In this document: positions 1 through 9,695 of the stretch, in pieces | How the letters are laid out: each line of letters opens with the position of its first letter | Position numbering within the stretch: the stretch's first letter is position 1 | Assembly: GCA_902554795.1 (NCBI GenBank) | Contig: CACDQB010000001.1 | Location: 9,819-73,818 of the forward strand | Reading direction: 5' to 3' | DNA: 64,000 nt | Source: an uncultured Pelagibacteraceae bacterium | GTDB lineage: Bacteria > Pseudomonadota > Alphaproteobacteria > Pelagibacterales > Pelagibacteraceae | Notes under the pieces: model-generated | What the model saw: only the letters and a program-made list of their open reading frames with translations | Told to the model about the DNA's origin: nothing | Database searches by the model: none | Translations under genes and position numbers: made by a program

Positions 1-724
1 CGTGCCTCTGAGCTGGTTCGTCGAAAGTAGAGCTAATTACTTCACCTTTTACAGTTCTTTGCATGTCAGTTACTTCTTCTGGACGCTCATCAATCAGCAA
101 TACCATCAAGTAACACTCTGGATAATTTTTAGCTATCGAGTTTGCAATACTTTGCAAAATCATTGTCTTACCAGCTTTAGGTGGAGAAATAATTATAGAT
201 CTTTGTCCCTTTCCGATTGGGCTGACCAGATCAATAAGTCTTGGCGTTAAATCTTGTTTTTTTTCAACTTTTGTAGTTTCAACTTCCATCACTAATTGTT
301 TATCTGGATAGAGTGGCGTCAAGTTATCAAATGCAATTTTGTGTCTAGCTTTTTCTGGTTCCTCAAAATTTATTTTACTAACCTGTAATAATGCAAAATA
401 TCTTTCTCCTTCTTTAGGAGCTCTTACTGGTCCTTCAACTGTATCTCCGGTTCTTAAACCAAATTTTCTAATTTGACTTGGGCTCACATAAATATCATCT
501 GGTCCCGGTAAATAATTTGATTCCATTGCTCTAAGAAAACCAAAACCGTCTTGTAATAATTGCAAAACACCTACGCCAGTAATTTCCTCTTTTTCAGCAA
601 CTTTCTTAAGAATAGCAAAAAGTATCTCTTGCTTTCTTAATGTGCTGGCATTTTCTATACCAAGCTCCTCTGCTTGTGTAATAAGCTGTTCAGATGATTT
701 TAGTTTTAATTCTTGAATATTCAT
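1..724 (-). CDS. rho: Transcription termination factor Rho (5' part; runs off the window start)
   Basis: Not in the ORF track. Manual translation from ATG at 724: [10 protein letters not shown]...LQDGFGFLR...[21 protein letters not shown]...PIGKGQR...PPKAGKT...[13 protein letters not shown]...[10 protein letters not shown], which are Rho RNA-binding and Walker motifs. Confidence 0.97.
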   Translation of the reverse strand, partial: MNIQELKLKSSEQLITQAEELGIENASTLRKQEILFAILKKVAEKEEITGVGVLQLLQDGFGFLRAMESNYLPGPDDIYVSPSQIRKFGLRTGDTVEGPVRAPKEGERYFALLQVSKINFEEPEKARHKIAFDNLTPLYPDKQLVMEVETTKVEKKQDLTPRLIDLVSPIGKGQRSIIISPPKAGKTMILQSIANSIAKNYPECYLMVLLIDERPEEVTDMQRTVKGEVISSTFDEPAQRH

Positions 725-790
725 GATTAATTTTTTGATAAGGACTTATCAGATGACAATAATATATATACTGCTGTTATTATTTCAACC

Positions 791-1225
791 CTAGATTGGC
801 TTAAAAATAGCTAAAAATACAACAATTATTAAGATAACCGTCGGTATTTCGTTAATTATTCTAAAAAATTTTGCAGATCTTTTATTTGTAGAATTTTTTA
901 GAGCAACAAGACATTTTCCTAAATAATCATTATATGCTGATAATAATATTACTAAGACAATCTTTATTTGAAACCATAATTGAGAGAATATGTCTATTCC
1001 GTTTAGATAGATTAATACTAATCCAAAAACCCAAGTAAAAATCATTGCGGGCCGCATAATGTAAAAAAATAATTTTTTTTCCATCACCTCAAAAATATCG
1101 GTTGCTTCTTTTTTTTCTTTGTTTTCAACATGGTAAACAAAAATTCTAGGAAGATATAAAAGGCCAGCCATCCAAGAAACAACAGCGATTAAATGTAAAG
1201 ATTTTAATAATAAATACGAATTCAT
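791..1225 (-). CDS. hemJ: Protoporphyrinogen IX oxidase HemJ
   Basis: KSLHLIAVVSWMAGLLYLPRIFVYH and RIINEIPT motifs; hemE-hemH-hemJ-rho synteny. Confidence 0.95.
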   Translation of the reverse strand: MNSYLLLKSLHLIAVVSWMAGLLYLPRIFVYHVENKEKKEATDIFEVMEKKLFFYIMRPAMIFTWVFGLVLIYLNGIDIFSQLWFQIKIVLVILLSAYNDYLGKCLVALKNSTNKRSAKFFRIINEIPTVILIIVVFLAIFKPI

Positions 1226-1228
1226 ATA

Positions 1229-2224
1229 TTAGATATTTCTTTCAATTAGGGATTTTAATAAAATTATATGATCACTATTATCATTTAAACACGGAACCAT
1301 ATCAAAATTTTTTCCCCCTGAATTTAAAAAACTTTCTTTAGCTTGAATTTGTATTTCCTCTAAAGTCTCTACACAATCAGATGCAAACCCTGGACAAATT
1401 GTAAGGACATTCTTAACACCCTCTTTAGGCAAATTTTCTAAAGTCTTGTCAGTATATGGTTGAAGCCATTCTTGTGGACCAAATCTTGACTGAAAAGTAG
1501 TTTTAATTTTAATTGAACTAAATTTTTCTGAAATTAGTCTTGTTGTTTTGTGACAATAACAATGATACGGATCACCTTTGTCAAAATATTTTTTAGGTAT
1601 CCCATGATAAGAGGCTATAATTAGATCTGGTTTCCAACTAATTTCATTCATTTTTTTATTAATCGAATTAACAAGTGCATCAATAAAAAGTGGGTCAGAT
1701 TCATAATGAGGAATTATTTTTAAAGAAGGTTGCCACCTCATTTTCATTAAGGTTCTGTATACTTCATCACAAACAGTTGCAGTTGTAGCTGCAGCATATT
1801 GTGGGTAAAGAGGAAGTATGACTAAATTTTCACAACCCATTTCATGAAGTTTATGAATCTTGCTCTTAATGCTGGGATTCCCATATCTCATCGCAAAATC
1901 AAGTATGGTGTTTTCTTTTGACAGTGCGTTTGAAATTTTCTCGCTTTGTTTTTTGGTATAATAGAGAAGTGGTGACATATTTTCATCTTTCATCCAAATT
2001 TCTTTATAAGCTTTAGCGGTTTTTGAGGGTCTGAAATTTAAAATAAACAAATTCAAAATAATTTGCCAAACTAATGGATTTACCTCAATAACCCTTCTGT
2101 CGGAAAGAAATTCTCTTAAATATTTTCTTATATCAAACCAACTAGTAGAATCTGGCGTGCCTAAATTAATTATAAGTACGCCTGTTTTTCCAAACTTTAT
2201 AGGAGGATGATTTTTTTCAATCAT
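1229..2224 (-). CDS. hemH: Ferrochelatase
   Basis: NLGTPD, MRYGNPSI, LPLYPQY, SYHGIP, FQSRFGPQEWLQPY, DCVETLEE. Confidence 0.97.
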   Translation of the reverse strand: MIEKNHPPIKFGKTGVLIINLGTPDSTSWFDIRKYLREFLSDRRVIEVNPLVWQIILNLFILNFRPSKTAKAYKEIWMKDENMSPLLYYTKKQSEKISNALSKENTILDFAMRYGNPSIKSKIHKLHEMGCENLVILPLYPQYAAATTATVCDEVYRTLMKMRWQPSLKIIPHYESDPLFIDALVNSINKKMNEISWKPDLIIASYHGIPKKYFDKGDPYHCYCHKTTRLISEKFSSIKIKTTFQSRFGPQEWLQPYTDKTLENLPKEGVKNVLTICPGFASDCVETLEEIQIQAKESFLNSGGKNFDMVPCLNDNSDHIILLKSLIERNI

Positions 2225-3225
2225 TTAAAATCTCTTACGGTTTTAATTAAATTTTCTACCATTTCTGGATTGGTCTCAGGCAAAATACCGTGTCCAAGAT
2301 TAAATATATAAGGATGATCTTTAAAGATTTCCAAATAATTAGAGGCTTCCTTTTTCAAAGTTTCTTTATCTGTTAATAAAATTTTAGGGTCTAAACCGCC
2401 TTGAATTGGTATTTTAATATCTCTAAGTATTTTTTTAGGATCAACATTATAATCAATACTTATAGCGTCAGGTTTAACAATTTCACAAAATTCTTTATAA
2501 TTTTTTATTTCTCTAGGGAAACATATCACTGGAACATTTAAAGATTTTACATAGTTTACTAAATTTAAAGTTGGGGCATAGACATAGTTGGGTAAATCTT
2601 CTTCTTCTAATAAGCCTGACCAACTATCAAATATTTGTATTATATTTGCGCCATTATCAATTTGGTTTTTGATGTGCACTTTTAAAAATTTCTCAATAAT
2701 TAATAAAATCCTGTTAATTAAAAACTCATCTTTAAAAAAATCTTTTTTTAAATTCTTCTTAGGAGACTGCTGGTTAATCATGTAAACTAATAACGTCCAT
2801 GGAGCGCCAATAAAGCCAATAGTATTTTTATTTTTTACGTTTATTTCAGAGCTAACTTTTTTAATTGCCCGATATACACGATGTATTTTTTCTACAAAGT
2901 CGATTTCATCAATCTTAGCAATTTCATTTAAATTTAATTCACCCAATCTTGGACCAAAGTTTTTTTCAAATTCTACTTTTTGACCCAATCCATATGGGAG
3001 CATTAAAATATCTGAAAAAATAATTGCTGCGTCAAAATCAAACCTTCTTAGAGGTTGTAGAGTTATTTCTGAAGACAAATCTTCATTTAAACATAGATTA
3101 ATGAAATTAGGGTTTTCTTTTCTAATTTCTCTAAATTCTGGCAAATATCTTCCTGCTTGCCTCATAATCCATATAGGATTAAATGAGGTATCTTTGTTAG
3201 TTATTACTTTGTTTAATGGTTTCAT
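2221..3225 (-). CDS. hemE: Uroporphyrinogen decarboxylase
   Basis: PIWIMRQAGRYLPE, AAIIFSDIL, GAPWTL, QIFDSW, IFNLGHGI. Confidence 0.97.
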   Translation of the reverse strand: MKPLNKVITNKDTSFNPIWIMRQAGRYLPEFREIRKENPNFINLCLNEDLSSEITLQPLRRFDFDAAIIFSDILMLPYGLGQKVEFEKNFGPRLGELNLNEIAKIDEIDFVEKIHRVYRAIKKVSSEINVKNKNTIGFIGAPWTLLVYMINQQSPKKNLKKDFFKDEFLINRILLIIEKFLKVHIKNQIDNGANIIQIFDSWSGLLEEEDLPNYVYAPTLNLVNYVKSLNVPVICFPREIKNYKEFCEIVKPDAISIDYNVDPKKILRDIKIPIQGGLDPKILLTDKETLKKEASNYLEIFKDHPYIFNLGHGILPETNPEMVENLIKTVRDFK

Positions 3226-3491
3226 AAATAAACATTATTAATTATTGTAGTTGTAATATATCTTGTGAATAAAGGTGATTATTTTTTATAAACATTATAT
3301 TCACAGTTTACCAACATCCTATGTGGTTAAAATTGTTTAAAATGAAGCTTTTTTACTATGTTAATTTTTGTGGATTGTTCTAGCCTATTTATTATTAATG
3401 TTAATAAATAGTAGTTTTTACAACGTTAATTTAAAAAATTTTGAATTGTGAAATTTAATTAAAATAATACAAATTTATTAACAATTTATTC
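3226..3491. other. Probable chromosomal replication origin (oriC)
   Basis: 266-bp AT-rich spacer, the longest in the window, between divergent hemE and ppsR-maf-aroE-coaE-dnaQ, the usual alphaproteobacterial oriC position. Perfect DnaA box TTATTCACA (minus, 3264-3272) and one-mismatch boxes at 3286-3294, 3297-3305, 3322-3330(-), 3399-3407(-) and 3475-3483. Confidence 0.85.
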
Positions 3492-4319
3492 ATGAGCAAT
3501 ACATATCAAATATATTTAATTTCAGACTCAACGGGTGAAACCTTAGATAGAATATTTTTAGCCCTTAAAGCTCAATTTTTAAATATAGATTATAAGGTTC
3601 GCTCTTATTCCTTTACAAGAACAGAAAACCAAATTTTAAAAATTTTAGAAGAAGCAGAGAAAAACTCAAATGCAATAATTTTATATACTATTGTAGATAA
3701 CAACCTTGCTAAATATTTAGCAAACGTTAGTGAAAATAAGAAGATCCCGTGCTTTGGTGTTCTTGGAAATTTAATTTTAAATTTTTCAAAAATTCTTAAT
3801 CAAAAAGCAACCCATGAACCAAGTGGTCAACACATATTAAATGAAGAATATTATGATAGAATAGAAGCAATTCAATTTACAATGAATCATGATGATGGAA
3901 ATTTGATAAACGATGTACACAAATCCGATATCATTCTTGTAGGTGTAAGCAGAACAAGCAAAACTCCCACATCTATTTATTTGGCGAACAAGGGATTTAA
4001 GACATCAAACATTCCTTTGATAAATGAAAATTCATTACCTGAAGCACTTAAAAAAAACCCCAAAGTAGCTTGTGTTGTAGGATTAAGTACTGAGCCAGAA
4101 AGATTGGCTGATTTAAGAAAAAATAGAATGAATTCTTTAAAAGAATCTGAAAATACCAAATATACAGATTTAGAAAATATTAAAAAAGAAGTGTTAGAAG
4201 CCAAAAAAACATTTCAAAAATATAAATGGCCTCTTATTGATGTAACAAGAAAATCTGTAGAGGAAACGGCAGCTTCTATAATCAAAATTCACGAAATATA
4301 TTCAAATAATGCTAAATAA
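3492..4319 (+). CDS. ppsR: PEP synthase/pyruvate phosphate dikinase regulatory protein (kinase/pyrophosphorylase, DUF299)
   Basis: ISDSTGET, RIEAIQFTMNHDDG, GVSRTSKTPTSIYLA, DVTRKSVEETA. Confidence 0.93.
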   Translation: MSNTYQIYLISDSTGETLDRIFLALKAQFLNIDYKVRSYSFTRTENQILKILEEAEKNSNAIILYTIVDNNLAKYLANVSENKKIPCFGVLGNLILNFSKILNQKATHEPSGQHILNEEYYDRIEAIQFTMNHDDGNLINDVHKSDIILVGVSRTSKTPTSIYLANKGFKTSNIPLINENSLPEALKKNPKVACVVGLSTEPERLADLRKNRMNSLKESENTKYTDLENIKKEVLEAKKTFQKYKWPLIDVTRKSVEETAASIIKIHEIYSNNAK

Positions 4320-4896
4320 AATTATTCTTGCTTCTAAAAGTAGAGTTAGAAAAGATATTTTAGATAAAAATAATATTGAATGCATTGTTGAGCCATCTAA
4401 TGTAGACGAAAGTCTTGTTAAAAAAAGTTTGCTAAAAGAACAAGCAAGTTCAGAAATAATTTCAAAAAATCTCGCTGAATTAAAAGCTAATAAAGTTAGT
4501 ATAAGAAAAACTGATGAAATAGTTTTGGGAGCAGACAGTGTGATAGATTTGGAGGGTGAGCTAATATCTAAGCCAGAAAGTAGAGAAGAGGCAATAAAGA
4601 TACTAAAAAAAATGAATGGTAAATCACATTTTTTAATCAGCTCCGTATGCATATCAAAAAATGGATCTATGATTTGGAACTATACTGATAAAGCAAAATT
4701 AACTATGAAAAATTTTACTGATGAGGAATTAAAAACCTATTTATCTAAAATATCCGATGAAGCTCTTTATGCATATAATGTCTATCAAATAGAAGGAGAG
4801 GGCAGAAATTTGTTCGTAAACATAGAGGGTGATGAAGATACAATTATGGGACTACCTATAAAAAAAATTAAGGAATACTTAAGTTCATTGCGATGA
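4309..4896 (+). CDS. maf: Maf-family nucleoside triphosphate pyrophosphatase
   Basis: IILASKSRVR, NVDE, LAELKA, GADSV, SKP, IMGLP; origin-proximal synteny. Confidence 0.9.
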   Translation: MLNKIILASKSRVRKDILDKNNIECIVEPSNVDESLVKKSLLKEQASSEIISKNLAELKANKVSIRKTDEIVLGADSVIDLEGELISKPESREEAIKILKKMNGKSHFLISSVCISKNGSMIWNYTDKAKLTMKNFTDEELKTYLSKISDEALYAYNVYQIEGEGRNLFVNIEGDEDTIMGLPIKKIKEYLSSLR

Positions 4897-5687
4897 AAAA
4901 ATATTTTGTAATTGGAAATCCCATTGATCATTCATTTTCCCCAAAACTCCATAATTATTGGTTAAAACAAAATAATATAAATGCGATATATGATAAAATT
5001 AGACTTGAAAAAAATGAAGTTGAAAGTTTTATAAAAGATATTAAAGAACAAAAAATAAATGGTTGTAATGTTACAGTTCCGTTTAAAAAGGCAGTAATTC
5101 CATTTTTAGATAAATTAAGCTTAGAAGCCAACAAGACTCAGTCAGTAAACACAATTGTTTATGATGATGGTAATTTAATTGGACACAATACTGATATCTC
5201 TGGTTTTGAACAAGCAATTAAAAGGCTTAATTTTCAAATGAAAGATAAGAAGATTTTAATTTTAGGTGCTGGCGGGGTTGTCCCCTCAATTATTTTTGCT
5301 TTAAAAAAAATGAATGTTTTAAAAATAATATTAAGTAACAGAACCAAGGCAAAAGCAGAAAATTTAAAATCTCAATTTAATGATTTAGAAATTATAGATT
5401 GGGGCGATAGAGTGGCTTTTGATGTTGTGATAAATGCTACAAGTTTAGGATTAAAAAATGAAACTATAAATTTAGATTTTTCAAAAATTGGTAATAAAAA
5501 ATTATTCTACGATATAATTTATAACCCTAATGAAACTAATTTTTTAAAAGAAGGAAAAAAATTAGGAAATTATACAGAGAATGGAAAATTAATGTTTATT
5601 TTTCAAGCATTAGAGGCATTTAAACTGTGGCACAGAATTGAGCCAAAAATAAATAATGACATATTTGGAATTTTAAACAATGATTAG
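4893..5687 (+). CDS. aroE: Shikimate dehydrogenase
   Basis: GNPIDHSFSPKLH, NVTVPFK, SVNT, GHNTD, GAGG, NATSLG, DIIYNP. Confidence 0.95.
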   Translation: MKKYFVIGNPIDHSFSPKLHNYWLKQNNINAIYDKIRLEKNEVESFIKDIKEQKINGCNVTVPFKKAVIPFLDKLSLEANKTQSVNTIVYDDGNLIGHNTDISGFEQAIKRLNFQMKDKKILILGAGGVVPSIIFALKKMNVLKIILSNRTKAKAENLKSQFNDLEIIDWGDRVAFDVVINATSLGLKNETINLDFSKIGNKKLFYDIIYNPNETNFLKEGKKLGNYTENGKLMFIFQALEAFKLWHRIEPKINNDIFGILNND

Positions 5688-6252
5688 ACTGGGAATTCTC
5701 GGGGACATAGGTTCAGGAAAAAGTTACGTTGCTAGTAAATTTGGATATCCAGTATTTAATGCAGATCACGAGGTATCTAAACTTTACAAAAATAATAGAA
5801 AAGTTTTTGTTAAACTAAATAAGAAGTTGCCAAGACATATTAGGACCTATCCAATAAATAAAAAACAAATTACAGAAGCAATCTTAAGCAATAATACCAA
5901 TTTAAGAAAAATAATAAATATTGTTCACGAAGAAGTAAGAAAAAAAATGAAATCATTTTTAAAAAGAAATAAAAATAAGAAAATTGTTATATTGGATATA
6001 CCATTACTATTAGAAAATAATATTAATAATAAAAAAGACATCTTGGTTTTTGTAGAATCAAAAAAAAAAGAAATACGAAAAAGGTTAATTAAAAGAAAAA
6101 ATTTCAATAGCAAACTATTTCATAAATTTAAGAAAATACAATTAAATCCAAAGTATAAAAAAAAAAAATCACACTTTATAATTAAAAATGATTTTAAAAA
6201 AAAAAAAAGTATCAATGAAAGTATTAAAAAAATTTTAAAAGAAATTTTATAA
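5680..6252 (+). CDS. coaE: Dephospho-CoA kinase
   Basis: P-loop GDIGSGKS, NAD, IVH, DIPLLLE; aroE-coaE-dnaQ synteny. Confidence 0.9.
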   Translation: MIRLGILGDIGSGKSYVASKFGYPVFNADHEVSKLYKNNRKVFVKLNKKLPRHIRTYPINKKQITEAILSNNTNLRKIINIVHEEVRKKMKSFLKRNKNKKIVILDIPLLLENNINNKKDILVFVESKKKEIRKRLIKRKNFNSKLFHKFKKIQLNPKYKKKKSHFIIKNDFKKKKSINESIKKILKEIL

Positions 6253-6915
6253 ATGAAAGAGATAGTACTAGATACAGAGACAACAGGAATATCAGTTAAA
6301 GAAGGACATAGAATTGTTGAAATTGGATGTATAGAATTAGATAATTTAACTCCTACAAAAAATAAATTTCACTGTTATTTAAATCCCGAGAGAAAAGTTT
6401 CTGAAAAAGCTTTTGAAGTTCATGGATATACCGATGAGTTTTTATCCAAACAAAAGAAATTTAATCAAGTTGTTGGTGAATTTTTAGAATTTATTCAAAA
6501 TAAAAGATTGATAATTCACAATGCAGAATTTGATCTTTCCCACTTAAATAATGAGCTTAGTTTATTGGGTGAAAAAAATTTGACAAATGAAATAATTGAT
6601 ACTTTAGTCTTGGCTAGAAACAAATATCCAGGTTCTCCTGGTAGCCTTGATGCGCTTTGTAAAAGATATAGAATTGACAACTCGCGAAGAACTAAGCATA
6701 CAGCTTTAATTGACTGTGATTTATTAGCAAAAGTTTATATTAATTTAATTGATCAAAAAGAACCTACTCTAAATTTACAAAGTAGTGATCATGAATTTTC
6801 AAATAAAATAAGCTCAAATGATGAGTATTGTAAAAAGATAATTAAACCTAACAAAGAAGAACTTTCCAAACATAATAATTACTTAAAACAAAATTTAAAA
6901 AAGAATTATTTTTAA
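6253..6915 (+). CDS. dnaQ: DNA polymerase III epsilon subunit
   Basis: DEDDh motifs LDTETTG, HNAEFD, SLDALC, HTALIDC. Confidence 0.96.
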   Translation: MKEIVLDTETTGISVKEGHRIVEIGCIELDNLTPTKNKFHCYLNPERKVSEKAFEVHGYTDEFLSKQKKFNQVVGEFLEFIQNKRLIIHNAEFDLSHLNNELSLLGEKNLTNEIIDTLVLARNKYPGSPGSLDALCKRYRIDNSRRTKHTALIDCDLLAKVYINLIDQKEPTLNLQSSDHEFSNKISSNDEYCKKIIKPNKEELSKHNNYLKQNLKKNYF

Positions 6916-7337
6916 TTAAATCTTTGATTATATAAATTTTCGAAATCTACTTTTTTTTCAAACTTTATGCCAGGGTAGCCAGAATTATGTAATAAATTTA
7001 ATAATGTTTTTTCAAGGTTTGGATAAATTTTATTCTGTACATCACATAGAATAATTTTTTCTAATTCTTCTTTTTTTATATCATCATTAACTTGAATAAT
7101 GGTAGCATAAACTATTTCAAAATAAGATTTTTTTTTTGACTCGGTTTTATCTTTAAAATTAAAAGTTGTGTAAACTTCAATCATTTTATTTTTAAGCGCT
7201 TTAGAAGTAATATCTATTCCAAGTTGATACTTTGAGATACTATCTCTTACGTACAAGTATGTTTCAACGTCTGGAGTTTCACTAGAAAGATCTTTTATGT
7301 ATTGACCTAAAATTTTATAACTTTCTGTCATGATCAT
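6912..7337 (-). CDS. secB: Protein-export chaperone SecB (start may be the second Met, at 7331)
   Basis: QYIKDLSSETP N-terminus and VDFENLY C-terminus; dnaQ/secB/fxsA/tim44 synteny. Confidence 0.85.
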   Translation of the reverse strand: MIMTESYKILGQYIKDLSSETPDVETYLYVRDSISKYQLGIDITSKALKNKMIEVYTTFNFKDKTESKKKSYFEIVYATIIQVNDDIKKEELEKIILCDVQNKIYPNLEKTLLNLLHNSGYPGIKFEKKVDFENLYNQRFN

Positions 7338-7743
7338 CTTCTATATCTTCAAAATCCCCTTCTATATAATCTTTTTTTTTTAAGTTTTCTTTGTATTGAT
7401 ATTTTTTTGAAATTTTACCGAAAATAAATTTCCTACTAATAGGGAAAATTAATAGAAAACCAATTATATCAGTCATAAATCCAGGAATAATTAGTAGCAA
7501 GGCTGCGAAAGCAATAGCAGCTCCAGAAATTACTTCATAAGTAGGAGACTCGTTTCTGCTTAATTGTAAAAAGCCAGATTTAAGAGTATTTAGCCCTTCA
7601 TATTTTGCATAATAAACTCCAACTACAGCAGTGGTAAATATAAGCAATATAGTAGTAATAGCCCCTATTTGTGAGCCAATTTTAATCAAAAGATATATTT
7701 CAATTGCTGGGACTAAAATTATTGTAAAAAAAATTGAGTTCAT
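7315..7743 (-). CDS. fxsA: FxsA family membrane protein
   Basis: PAIEIYLLIKIG, LLIIPGFMTDIIG, C-terminal IEGDF. Confidence 0.92.
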   Translation of the reverse strand: MNSIFFTIILVPAIEIYLLIKIGSQIGAITTILLIFTTAVVGVYYAKYEGLNTLKSGFLQLSRNESPTYEVISGAAIAFAALLLIIPGFMTDIIGFLLIFPISRKFIFGKISKKYQYKENLKKKDYIEGDFEDIEDDHDRKL

Positions 7744-7801
7744 TTGTCCTTAATCTAAATTGCTGGTTGAAATTAATCAACATAGTAATTACTATTATGT
7801 G

Positions 7802-8398
7802 ATGAGTTATAGTTTTGAATACATAGATATCATTTTGTTAGCGATGATTGCTGGGTTTATTTTTTTAAGACTAAGAGGAATTCTTGGAAAAAGAACTGGT
7901 TTTGAGGGAAAATCACCAGCTCAATTTAAAGAGGTTTTAAAAAATATTAAGGTAGATCAAGCTACTAAACCAAAAGAGAAGTTTGATGATGAAGCTCAAA
8001 AAGAATTTATAAAAGGCGCAAAAATTGCTTATGAAACAATTATTACTGATTTCAGTGATAATGATAATAAGATTACAAATGCAAAACCTCTGCTAAATAA
8101 AGATATATATAATCAATTTGACGATGCGCTGAAAGAAAGAGCAAAAAGAGGTCATTTTGCAGAAATAACATTTATTGGAGTTAACAAAGCTGAAATTAAA
8201 GAACATAAAAAAATTGGAAATATTTTAAACGTAACAGTGGATTTCATAGCAGAGGTTATTACTTGCATAAGAGATAAAGATAAAAAAATTGTATCTGGAG
8301 ATCCTGAAAAGATAAAAAAAATCTATGATACATGGATTTTTTCACGAGATACAACATCCTCAAATCCAAATTGGCAGCTAGTTAATATATTAACTTAA
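7802..8398 (+). CDS. Tim44/TimA-like domain protein (ORF track starts at TTG 7760; ATG 7802 more likely)
   Basis: N-terminal TM followed by LRLRGILGKRTG; FIKGAKIAYETI; DTWIFSRD...NPNWQL. Confidence 0.88.
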   Translation: MSYSFEYIDIILLAMIAGFIFLRLRGILGKRTGFEGKSPAQFKEVLKNIKVDQATKPKEKFDDEAQKEFIKGAKIAYETIITDFSDNDNKITNAKPLLNKDIYNQFDDALKERAKRGHFAEITFIGVNKAEIKEHKKIGNILNVTVDFIAEVITCIRDKDKKIVSGDPEKIKKIYDTWIFSRDTTSSNPNWQLVNILT

Positions 8399-8812
8399 TT
8401 GAACGATAACATTTCAGACAAAGATAAAAAAGATTGGAACACTTTTTTACAAAGTGATGAAAAATTAGAAGATAAAGATTTCAAGGAAGTTAAAAAAGTA
8501 AACATAAATTTAAATTTATTAGATCTTCATGGATATTCTCTTGAAAGTGCGAATAAAGAAGTAGAAAAATTTATTGAAAAAAGTTTTGCGGAAGGTTTTA
8601 ATAAGTTAAAAATTATTACTGGAAAAGGTCTGCACTCTGAAAATGAAAAAAATCCTTATGTGTCGAACGATCTAAGTATTCTTAAAAACTCTGTGCCTGA
8701 ATTTATAAAAAATAATAAGAATTTAACAACAAAGATAATTGATATAAAAGAAGCATCTAATAATGATGGTGGAAGTGGCGCTTTTTATATATATTTAAAA
8801 AAACACAAGTAA
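8399..8812 (+). CDS. Stand-alone Smr/MutS2-domain protein
   Basis: LDLHG, IITGKGLHS, DGGSGAFYIYL; TTG start. Confidence 0.9.
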   Translation: MNDNISDKDKKDWNTFLQSDEKLEDKDFKEVKKVNINLNLLDLHGYSLESANKEVEKFIEKSFAEGFNKLKIITGKGLHSENEKNPYVSNDLSILKNSVPEFIKNNKNLTTKIIDIKEASNNDGGSGAFYIYLKKHK

Positions 8813-8833
8813 ATTATTCAAAAAATTTAAGTA

Positions 8834-9685
8834 ATGATCGTTTGGTTAGCCTCATATCCCAAAAGTGGAAATACATTGGTAAGGTCAATGTTGGCTGCAT
8901 ATTTTTTTTCAAAAGATGGAATATATGATTTTGATTTAATTAGAAATATTAAACAATTCCCAGACAACACTCTTTTCAAAGAAATGGGTTTAAACATAAA
9001 CGATGATGAAGAAATAATAAAAAATTATATAAATGTTCAAGAGAAAATTAATAAAAAAAACTCTATACAGTTTTTAAAAACTCACAGCTATCTATTTAAT
9101 ATAAATAATAATCCATTTACAGATCTTAATAATTCTATTGGAGCTATATATATTGTAAGAGATCCAAGAAATGTTGTTACATCATGGGCAAACTTTACAA
9201 AAACATCATTAGAAAAAGCTGCAGATGTCCTAATTAAAACTTATCAATTTGGTGGAGAAAAAAACAGCACTAATGACCCCGAGACTACTGTGTTTGTTGG
9301 TACTTGGGGTCAAAATTTTAATAGCTGGAAGTCTTTTAAACATCAACAAAGGTATTTGTTAATAAAATATGAAGATTTGATAAATAATAGAGATATCTTT
9401 TTACACAAAATATTAAAATTTATTCATGATTTAAATGGAACAGAACTCAAAATAGACCAAAAAAAATTTAATAATGTAGTAGAAACAACGAGTTTTGAGA
9501 GAATGAAAAATCTAGAAAGTACAAAGGGTTTTTTTGAGGCAACAATTGATTCTAAAACGGGAAAGAAAATTCCTTTTTTTAATCTTGGTGATAAAAATGA
9601 TTGGAAGCAATTTTTAAATGTCAAAATTAGTGATAAAATTGAGAAAGCATTTGAAAATGAGATGACAGAGTTGGGATATTTATAG
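8834..9685 (+). CDS. Sulfotransferase (Sulfotransfer_1-like), paralogue 1
   Basis: 5'-PSB loop WLASYPKSGNT, KTH, 3'-PB IVRDPRNVVTS, LIKYEDL, TSFERMK. Confidence 0.88.
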   Translation: MIVWLASYPKSGNTLVRSMLAAYFFSKDGIYDFDLIRNIKQFPDNTLFKEMGLNINDDEEIIKNYINVQEKINKKNSIQFLKTHSYLFNINNNPFTDLNNSIGAIYIVRDPRNVVTSWANFTKTSLEKAADVLIKTYQFGGEKNSTNDPETTVFVGTWGQNFNSWKSFKHQQRYLLIKYEDLINNRDIFLHKILKFIHDLNGTELKIDQKKFNNVVETTSFERMKNLESTKGFFEATIDSKTGKKIPFFNLGDKNDWKQFLNVKISDKIEKAFENEMTELGYL

Positions 9686-9695
9686 TTTAAAATAT

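Noticed and set aside
2-250. 82-aa + strand ORF
   Set aside because: Antisense shadow of rho; no recognisable protein features.
3327-3340. Possible CtrA box in the origin
   Set aside because: Spacing is TTAA-N6-TTAA rather than N7, and TTAA is very frequent here.
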